From positions 1,054,001-1,118,000 of the forward strand of contig NC_027218.1 in NCBI RefSeq assembly GCF_000981445.1: 64,000 nt of DNA, given 5' to 3'. This DNA is from Babesia bigemina. Taxonomy: Eukaryota. The notes below the pieces were generated by a model. The model did no database searches, was not told where the DNA came from, and saw only the letters and a list, made by a program, of their open reading frames with translations. Shown piece after piece: positions 11,450-20,050 of this stretch; position 1 is the stretch's first letter, and each line of letters begins with the position of its first letter. A program made the position numbers and the translations under genes.

Positions 11450-12907
11450 TTTCCCCGCCCAGTGCCCTCAACCTGCAAGCATATCAATCACCTAAGCAAC
11501 GCACTCACCAACCACTCATGAATACGCACCTATGTAAGCCACTCACCAACTACTACATGAACACGCACCGCAGCCAAGGCAACTGCGCTCCCATCAGCTT
11601 CAACATCAGCCAGGTGCCCGTCGTCCCGCGAATAGCCAGCCACATTACGGCTATGTAGCTATAATAACGGAAATATGACCTACTCAACGCATGTGAACGG
11701 TATCCTAGCAGTGACATGCAGGTCAACCAGTGCCAAGTAAGCAGTCGACTCCAACCTTAAATTAAGTTATCTCATCTTATAGTGTGCTATGTGGTTACGT
11801 GCCTTGGGCCGGTTTTGAATTTTACCAAGTTATCACCTAATGCTCCTGTTGTTGGCTGACGATTCCACGTCGGTCCATTGCCGATCGTCTTTGGTGCCAT
11901 CCATGCAGGCATCCATCCAGTTTGGGCCTGAGGGTCTTCTACGAAATCGTAGTCTTCTTTCGGCTTCATATCCCTCATCACATAACTTATAACGAGATGA
12001 CTCGTCTGTTAGATAAAAGCTCTCCGCTTCATACCCTCAACCACGTCAACGTATGTCCTCTTCTTGTATGCCCCGTCTCCACCAGGTTGCCTTCGCTGGC
12101 AGTCCCGTTATCCACGGTAGTGAAGGCATGCTTTATACTATCTACGATGATGTCTTCTGGTAGAGTATGCTTTCAGTCCTCATGAGACTCCTGAGTTTGG
12201 CATGGCACTTTCCATCATTACTATAGTCCTCCACCTGCCCTTACTGCTATTCACTCATACAATCGCCGCTCAGCTAGGTACATCTTGACGGTGCTTCACA
12301 GTTGCATCAGTCATTTTCCATATTGAGGTCACATTCTCATCCATCACGCATCGAAGACTCCGTTCCCTGTAAACGCTGCGGAGGGGTGAAATGCCATTAC
12401 CGTTTCCGAATCTCGATTGCATCATGCTCATATTCGTGTAATCTCCGATCAGTTACGCGAGTAGCATTGTGTGAATGCCCTATTAGTATTATGTTAAAAC
12501 CGTGCAGTGGCAGTGGGGCGGACCAGTGATTGCGGAGAAGCGGGATAGAATTTGATACGAATATTAACACGCAGATTGCATCACCTCTAGCTGTTTCTTA
12601 AAGAAGCTGAACGTTGGTATGTATGTTGGAGGTCTGACGTCACCTCCTAAGTGGACTAGAATTTAGAGCTGTCTGGGTGCTGGCGGCTGGAATTAGGTGA
12701 GCAGGGCGGATGCTATATATGTCGTGAATATAAAATACGCCCTCAATAGGGTGGATGCTTGAGTAGTGTAGTTTGGAGCACTAAGGGAGAAGTTTGTTAG
12801 ACCTACAGTGCGCATCGCATTTGCAGAGCGTGGTTGAGGATCTGCAACATCGAAGTGCTATTGGGTTCCTTGAAGTTGTGTATATGGTAGTCCCTTGAGG
12901 TTTAAGG

Positions 12908-15900
12908 ATGGCACCGCAATTCAAGAAGCTTACCGACTGTCCTGAAAATCTCCGGGAGGCCATTGACTGGCTAATTCAGATCAAGAATGGTGGCGATGGT
13001 AAAGGTCTTGAGAACTTGTCTCAAGCTTTGAAAAAGTTAATTGATGAGGCTATTGAGAGGGCTTATACAACTAATGTAAGTGCGCTTCTCAAGGCTCTTG
13101 CTTCCGTCAAGTCTTACACCTGTTGTAAGGATAAAGTGGTTGAAATTGAGAAACTTAAGAACCCTAAAAGGCTTGCCCAAAACATCTTTGATGACCTTAA
13201 GCATGACTGTGAAGACATCAAAAATTGCTCTAAAAACCACCTCGATTCCTCCCAACAGAAAGCTTTTGATGACATTCAGTCCAAGTTTACTCAGCTTGAA
13301 AATCTTCAAAAAAGTCTTAATGGATTTACCGACCAAAAAAGTTGCGAGACCCTTTTAACTAACCTTTGTTCCGGCCTGGAGAAATTCCTAGGTTTCTCCT
13401 CTGACTCCAAAGGCTACACGGGCGAAGGCATTGTCTACTCTGACGTGGATAGGCTGTGTGACGCGGTGATGGCGTTTTTGCTGGGCGTGTTGGAGGGGGT
13501 GAAAGATGAAAACGAAGTGACAACTTATGATAATTACATCACTCCAAATGATAGAAAGCTTCAAAATGTACTAGACACCTTAAATAATAAAATTGGCACC
13601 GGGCGTACTGGGCTTGTGGAGTCTGTCGCCGCGGTTAAGGGGTGGTTGGAGGGGTATGAAGGTGGAGTCAACCAAAAAAACAGCAAAATAACGATGCCAA
13701 TATATGAGCTAGAAAAACAAATTAAAGACAAAATAAGTAAATTACAAGAGTTTGTTAGTAAAAAATACGAAGACAAGGAGAGCGAACTGGCCGCTTGGGT
13801 TAATAGTATTGAGGAGCTGCCGAAAAAAAGTAAAAAGTCGTACGAAGCGCTATCACATTTAGACGGTAACTTAAAAAATAAGTTACATCCGCATGTTGAC
13901 GTGATTAACAGATTTTCGGAATCGTTCAAGAAAACTTTATACAACGACTTCGTAGGCCTTGTTCAGGTATGTGGGAAGGTGGATGAAGAATTTAATGGTT
14001 TGAATGAACATGTGGACAACTGCATAAATCACCCAGTTAATGGTTTAAAAAAGAGAATCGATAATGATATTCAGGAGTTTCAGCATAATCTGTCGACTAA
14101 ACATCCCAAAGCTTTGGAGGAGTCTATTAAGAACGCAAAACAGATGCTGACAGATGCCAAGCAGGCAGCGGATGAATACTTACAGAAATTTGAACCTCAA
14201 AAAAAGGAGCAGTTTGATGATAAAATAAAGGCGATAGAGGCGTTGTTGGATGAGATTGATAAGTCGAAGAATACCAAAGGCGTTTCTCTTCCCGCAACAG
14301 AATCTAAACTTCACGGTGAGGTCTCCGCACTTACAGGGATGATTAGTGAAATGGAATCTCAACTTCAAGCGGGAGCGTCTAAAATTGGCAACGCAATTAA
14401 CGTCGCTGTTCAAGGAATTAACCTGGCGCTTAGAACACTGGATGAAAAAGTTAAGGAAGGGTTAGAAAAGATGAAGCAGCAAATTAATCCGGAAGTTAAG
14501 AAGGTGATCAGTGCACTTAAGAAGGGAGTGGAGAATGTTGCTAATGGTGATTCTGAGGGTGCTGACTTCAGGCCTGGGGAACACGGTGCACAGGATATAA
14601 TTATTGAGTTCCAAAGCAAGCTGGGAAACGATGCTGAAACGTTGTATCAGTGGGGTAGAGCGGCACAAAATGGTAACTTTAAAAATGTCCTGGCTAAGTT
14701 AGATAAACATACGGGAAGTATGTCCACAAACAATTACCAAGCATTCAGAAGCTTTTTAGAGCAGCTTTTACAAGATCTTAATGCCCAAGAGTATAGAAAA
14801 TCCTTCTTCGATGCCCTTATCGCTGATCTTAAGAAGAAAGTGGATGATAAGATAAGTGAAATCAAGGGGTCGATGTTTACAGCGGTTTTCCAACGATATA
14901 AGCAGGAGACAACACAGGGCATTGCTCCCGCCGTCTCGTCGGACGAACCCCTTCACTCCCGGATCGACAAAATTAAAACAACGGTGGCACAATTTTTTGA
15001 GGAAGGTAAAATAAAAGGGATCGATGACAAATTCAACCTTGGCCAGCAAGGCCCATTCGGAGAGTATCATACCAAAATGCAAGCGGCCCTCTCGGCAATA
15101 AGAAAAGCCCTCTCAAAGATTACGACGCTCGAAAATATTCCGGGAGCTGTTAAAACTGCCAGGCAAAAGGTCGGGGAATTTATTGAGGAGATTAGGAGCA
15201 GATTTACAGCGCTCAACACGAAAGCTGAAGAAGCACTTCGATATGTGGAGAAGGCTGAGCAAAATCTGGAACAAATGCTTCAATGTATCTACGATGATAT
15301 CAAACATTACCACAGGGAATCAACATATTACATCGATCAATTCCATGATGTATTCATTAAACGGTCTACCATAGCCCAAACCGAAATCAAAAAAGAAGCC
15401 TTCCAAAAATACGTCCAATCCAATACTATCCAACTCACTGACCTGCAACAAATGGTCGAAAAGGAACGCCAAAAGATCGACGACACAATTACCAAGGATG
15501 TATCTACCGGTGTCAAAGGCTTGATGGGAGAGATGTATTTCAAAAGCGGTAGGATTGACGCATTGACAAACAATTCGGAAGTGAAAGCGTTGTCAGATAA
15601 ATACATGGACTTCATGAAAGTGCTCTCCGATTACATTACTAAGGACATTGCAACACAGCTCTATCTCACTAAGGAGACCAAACACAAAAACGTGCATTAC
15701 AATCGGGTTGACGGAACATTCAAAAAGCTGAAGGAGATACTCGAACACTTAAAAGCCAAGAAGCATTACGACCATAAATTCACCCGACTACTCGCCGAAC
15801 TTCAAGAGCTCCTTGCCTATCTGCACCCCTCATCGTTCGCTCACATCGCCATGCCAGTCGTGGCGGCCATCAAAGGCGGTGTTACTGGTCTCACCAACCA

Positions 15901-18079
15901 GTTGCAGACAGCGTACGTATTGGTGTATGACGGTGAAAAGATCGACTGGACTAACGATGAGAAGTCCACGCAACATTGCGCCAAGGCGTTCGTTACTCTC
16001 ATGTACACCCTGTACCAACAGCTCCACGAGGTGTACTATGATGGAGGTACGATGTGGAAAGCCCATCGCATTCGGGTGAAATCCGAGGGTGATGAGAAGC
16101 GTTTGCAAACGTATTTCACAAAAGCGGGTTACGAAACGCATCACCTTATCAATGAGAAGAACATCGGCTGGGAGGTAGCCATACTTTTGAAGAAAGGTTT
16201 CGGTGCGCACAAAGAATTTAATCGATCACCTAACGATTTCAGAACGTTTGATGAATCCGTTGCGTACTTCACAGAAAATGGAGGTCTCTTATCAAAGCTC
16301 TTCGGTTACCTGGAAGAGTACAATGACGTCAGCCACATGACACTGCGCCCTAAGCCACGACACCCGTCTTCCGTGTACGACGCGTTGGTATGGCTAACGG
16401 GCCTGCCGCATACTCGCGTACGTTCAAAAATGCTGGCCGGTCCAATCCAGGAGCTATTCGAAAATCCAGACGACAAGGAAGCAGAGGGAGATGACGGCCT
16501 TAAGATGTCATTGGTAACCGTTGGTGTCAAGCCCGTGGAGGCGCATCCTAAACCAATAGTATATGACAGAGTATCGGCATGGTTAGACGACATGTGTTCC
16601 AAATCGTATGACTTGCTGATTTGCATTGTCGGACCCGGCGATGCCGCAACGTATTACGGCTGCGACTACTGCAACAACGCACTGAATCTGTACTATCCCG
16701 CGGATGCTGCGGAGTGTTTTGATTTGATGTGCGATATGCTTGGACGTATATATTCACCGCTTAAATTCTTATACCAACAATGCCGTAATTCGTCGTCTGA
16801 GTTCGGCTGGAGTGACTGCCTGTACGGCAGAGATGTCGCCTTAACCAAATGGCATTGTGGACAGCACTCAAGCGTCGAAGTTGGGTGCCAAGCAAACGGC
16901 CAACCAAATTGCCAGTCAAAGTGCGAACCAACGTGCAGACCAACATCGCCATTGATGTCTTATCTAAATGATGCCCTACCAGGACATTTGCCGCACAAAC
17001 TGAGTGCCGTTGGATGTAAGTACAAATGTTCGACGTGCTCTTCCGGTTCTCGTAGTATGCCATGTCTAACTCCATTGGGCTTTAGAGCCTTCTCTGGTTC
17101 GACTAGGAAAGGTGAAGACATATGCTCGCTGCTTAAGGAGATATGCGGTGACGACGGTGTTCTCACATCCCTCGTATCTTCGCTAACATGCCTTGTTGGT
17201 GGCCCTCCGAAGACGCTCCCTGATATATTCACGTTCTATTATAATATCATCAAGCCGTGGATGAAAACACCAGCAAACGCACTACCGACAAATATCATTC
17301 AAAATGCAATTTCCGACAAGATTCTTGAAACCGTCGGCTGCAAGCATGATGACGCTGTAAAACTGCTTGACTCTTGCCAAGAATTGTGTTACTCCACATC
17401 GCACTCTAAACACAACATCGACAATCCCGATCTCAAGTATCTCGCCGGTTGCGGTACACCGAATTGCGGTGCCTTCTTCCTCACGCTCAACTCAACTGCA
17501 TATTCCACATTTGCACCGAAGCACGCCGGCAATTATTTGTCTTGGCTGCTTTACAGTGCTTGGTCTCTTGTTGATTTCATTGATCAATTGAAGAATGCGT
17601 TCTGCAGCATTTCTTGTTACAACTCAGATTGCCGCGGCTGCCTAAACGATGCCAACTGTCAGCAAGGTAAACACGGCAATAAATCATGTGGCTGCCAGTC
17701 CATCGTCCACTGTACAGGAGTCTCGTCCGTTTTCTACAAATGCGGGCTGCAATTCGTAGATATTCAGACAGGCACAAGAAAGAAATGCTTCAATCTGCGT
17801 GAAGCACTCGAAAAGTTGCTAAGTTCCGACTTGCTGAATAAATTCCTTAATGCAATCGACCAATTCTTGTGGAAAATCCGTGAACCATTCTCCTACCTTG
17901 TCCTCACCCTCTGGCTCCTCTCCCTTTTCTACCTGCTCCACATCATGCTCATCCGCCTCGACCTGCTCCACATCAAATCTCACTTACACTCACCCTCATC
18001 ACATCGCATCGCCGCCCAGTCACTACTCGCCGCAGGAAGGGTTGGCAAACTCAGCACGATATCGTACCTACAAGCATAA
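12908..18079 (+). CDS. ves1: Variant erythrocyte surface antigen VESA1 (ves1b-like), single exon, 1723 aa
   Basis: KKLTDCPENLREAIDWLIQ N-terminus, GYTGEGIVYSDVDRLCDAVMAFL, long helical middle, Cys-rich C-terminal part (SPLMSYLND, CLTPLGF, PKTLPDIFTFY), TM and tail LDLLHIKSHLHSPSSHRIAAQSLLAA. Confidence 0.93.
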   Translation: MAPQFKKLTDCPENLREAIDWLIQIKNGGDGKGLENLSQALKKLIDEAIERAYTTNVSALLKALASVKSYTCCKDKVVEIEKLKNPKRLAQNIFDDLKHDCEDIKNCSKNHLDSSQQKAFDDIQSKFTQLENLQKSLNGFTDQKSCETLLTNLCSGLEKFLGFSSDSKGYTGEGIVYSDVDRLCDAVMAFLLGVLEGVKDENEVTTYDNYITPNDRKLQNVLDTLNNKIGTGRTGLVESVAAVKGWLEGYEGGVNQKNSKITMPIYELEKQIKDKISKLQEFVSKKYEDKESELAAWVNSIEELPKKSKKSYEALSHLDGNLKNKLHPHVDVINRFSESFKKTLYNDFVGLVQVCGKVDEEFNGLNEHVDNCINHPVNGLKKRIDNDIQEFQHNLSTKHPKALEESIKNAKQMLTDAKQAADEYLQKFEPQKKEQFDDKIKAIEALLDEIDKSKNTKGVSLPATESKLHGEVSALTGMISEMESQLQAGASKIGNAINVAVQGINLALRTLDEKVKEGLEKMKQQINPEVKKVISALKKGVENVANGDSEGADFRPGEHGAQDIIIEFQSKLGNDAETLYQWGRAAQNGNFKNVLAKLDKHTGSMSTNNYQAFRSFLEQLLQDLNAQEYRKSFFDALIADLKKKVDDKISEIKGSMFTAVFQRYKQETTQGIAPAVSSDEPLHSRIDKIKTTVAQFFEEGKIKGIDDKFNLGQQGPFGEYHTKMQAALSAIRKALSKITTLENIPGAVKTARQKVGEFIEEIRSRFTALNTKAEEALRYVEKAEQNLEQMLQCIYDDIKHYHRESTYYIDQFHDVFIKRSTIAQTEIKKEAFQKYVQSNTIQLTDLQQMVEKERQKIDDTITKDVSTGVKGLMGEMYFKSGRIDALTNNSEVKALSDKYMDFMKVLSDYITKDIATQLYLTKETKHKNVHYNRVDGTFKKLKEILEHLKAKKHYDHKFTRLLAELQELLAYLHPSSFAHIAMPVVAAIKGGVTGLTNQLQTAYVLVYDGEKIDWTNDEKSTQHCAKAFVTLMYTLYQQLHEVYYDGGTMWKAHRIRVKSEGDEKRLQTYFTKAGYETHHLINEKNIGWEVAILLKKGFGAHKEFNRSPNDFRTFDESVAYFTENGGLLSKLFGYLEEYNDVSHMTLRPKPRHPSSVYDALVWLTGLPHTRVRSKMLAGPIQELFENPDDKEAEGDDGLKMSLVTVGVKPVEAHPKPIVYDRVSAWLDDMCSKSYDLLICIVGPGDAATYYGCDYCNNALNLYYPADAAECFDLMCDMLGRIYSPLKFLYQQCRNSSSEFGWSDCLYGRDVALTKWHCGQHSSVEVGCQANGQPNCQSKCEPTCRPTSPLMSYLNDALPGHLPHKLSAVGCKYKCSTCSSGSRSMPCLTPLGFRAFSGSTRKGEDICSLLKEICGDDGVLTSLVSSLTCLVGGPPKTLPDIFTFYYNIIKPWMKTPANALPTNIIQNAISDKILETVGCKHDDAVKLLDSCQELCYSTSHSKHNIDNPDLKYLAGCGTPNCGAFFLTLNSTAYSTFAPKHAGNYLSWLLYSAWSLVDFIDQLKNAFCSISCYNSDCRGCLNDANCQQGKHGNKSCGCQSIVHCTGVSSVFYKCGLQFVDIQTGTRKKCFNLREALEKLLSSDLLNKFLNAIDQFLWKIREPFSYLVLTLWLLSLFYLLHIMLIRLDLLHIKSHLHSPSSHRIAAQSLLAAGRVGKLSTISYLQA

Positions 18080-19082
18080 TGGTGATGATGTCACTGCCTA
18101 GCTTACTCAGCCCACCTAATATGCAACTCAGTAGTTAATTTAGTGCCTACCATCATGACGTTTTTCTAAATAAGAAATTTGCTTATATAGCATATACTAA
18201 TCTCCACTATACTATGAGCATCTCTTACTCTCCACAAATATCTGATAGACTTATCTGGTCAAGCCAGCAATATTCTAGCCGGATTATACACAAATCCAGT
18301 GTTGCACGAAATCACATTATAGATACCTTTTATGACAGCGTGTAATGTTTCAAGCGGCGACACTTCCATTAAACCCCAGATTCCATCGTCACAAAAGGTT
18401 CGTCATACCACATTCAGTAACTGGTTATAGAATCTTTGTATTTGGGCCTCACGTACCTTAAAACAAACCTCTGGATTTGATGAATCATTAACAGTATTGT
18501 ATAATTTGTCATCATATAATCAATGGTCATATAGCGTCTATTACTCAAATCTTTCATGCACAGATACGCAGATGGATTTAGTGCACTTGAGGCTTTACTA
18601 CGGAGTTATAAAGTTACACCTGCCTCTTGACAACCAGCGTTCGCGTTTCTGTATTCAGTGACCGTTGTTATACGATTGGCATCGCCGATCTTGCAGAAAT
18701 TTTTGCCCATATGTAATAGGCCCTCGTTCATTAGGCTCCTATGAACATCGCAGCGTTGTGATGGGTGTGGATGCACAGCCAGACCTGCGAATCACCGGTA
18801 TAACATCCACGAGACATAGCAAACAATGCAGTTTCGGTGACGGCATACGCGTTTAGTGATGCATGTTGCACTATGTTGTGTGTTCATCGTGGCCGATGTA
18901 TAATTTAGAAATAGAAATTGTTTGTCCACTTAGTGACAGTGATCTTTTTGATGCGTATCGGTGTCTTTGGTTCACTGGACATCCCCGTAACTCAACGGCG
19001 TAATTGATTTGATGCAGTTACCTTGCAATGAAGCGCCTACGGTTATCTACCTACGGATTAGTTACTGTGATACGATTCTAAG

Positions 19083-19697
19083 CTAGAACTTCCTTTTGGG
19101 GATTGACTCTACTAGAGCCTTGGTCCAGTTTTTGTTCGCAGTGTAATTAAGAATGATGCTTACACATGCTGTGATGGACAGAACGTGACTTTGAGTGAGT
19201 TGTACGTGTTCCTTGATGGGCAATCGTTTGCATGTAGCTCCGATATACCTAGCCCTACTTAATGCGATACCTTTCAATCTGTTGCGATCTACGATGCCTC
19301 CGATAACATAAATCCCTTCTTGCGATATGTCGTCTAGAACCTCTTCAGCATCCGCAGAGAGATAGGTGACATTCTGCGGATCAAACATGTCTTCTAGGCT
19401 TTTATATTCCAGGGTACACATCCAGTTTTCTGTGCCTGATATCTTCTTGAAAGCTTCGGCTAGGTGGCTTCCCTCTTGTATCCCACATATGACCAGATTA
19501 ACAGGTTTGTCGGCGCGTCGGTTAAATGCATAGCTCTGCATCAACTGATTAGCTAGGCTTGTGGCTTCCTTCTCGTTTTCGTAGGAGTCGAATTCGCAGT
19601 CTATAACGACGGTGCAATTCTTGCGACACAGGTCCATGAAAGCGGCTCGCTTTTCGTGCCTACTGATATAACAATTACCTGAATCAGATTCCATCAT
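19083..19697 (-). CDS. trm10: tRNA (guanine-N1 at position 9) methyltransferase, Trm10/TRMT10 SPOUT family
   Basis: SLANQLMQSY..NRR, VTYLSADA, YVIGGIVDRNR, RLPI and VLSI motifs. Confidence 0.9.
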   Translation of the reverse strand: MMESDSGNCYISRHEKRAAFMDLCRKNCTVVIDCEFDSYENEKEATSLANQLMQSYAFNRRADKPVNLVICGIQEGSHLAEAFKKISGTENWMCTLEYKSLEDMFDPQNVTYLSADAEEVLDDISQEGIYVIGGIVDRNRLKGIALSRARYIGATCKRLPIKEHVQLTQSHVLSITACVSIILNYTANKNWTKALVESIPKRKF

Positions 19698-20050
19698 GTA
19701 CAGTGACCCATTTTATATTTAACGTGCAAAAGTGTCTTCCTCAGTAGATATACGTGAACACTCGCGAATTCAGCAATTTACTTCCATTCACAGACCGCTG
19801 CTGTTCATTAACAGATAATCGAAGAATTACACAGTTAATTTAGTTCGGATGTTTTAGCTTGCACGTCGGTTTCACCGGGCGCTGGTGCGGAATGTATGCG
19901 GTGTCTAATATACAATGGAAACAAGAAGTGATGTAAAAGTCGGCATTTTCCCACTATGACAGGTTACGGTCTTTTAACTAGACATGTGTAAAACGTGCAG
20001 TACGATGTGTATGTGATTAAGTGTTTGCTGTTTTCTTGCGCTTATGTGTG

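Larger units (their letters stand above)
9611..11756. repeat. Diverged tandem duplication: unit 1 ~9611-10534, unit 2 ~10906-11756
   Basis: Shared non-coding blocks: ATCAACGCAACCATTA..AGAACATTAGATG (~9637 and ~10931), CCCTCAACCTGCAA.CATATCAATCACCT (~10278 and ~11465), CATGCAGGTCAACC.GTGCCA (~10494 and ~11714). Confidence 0.85.
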
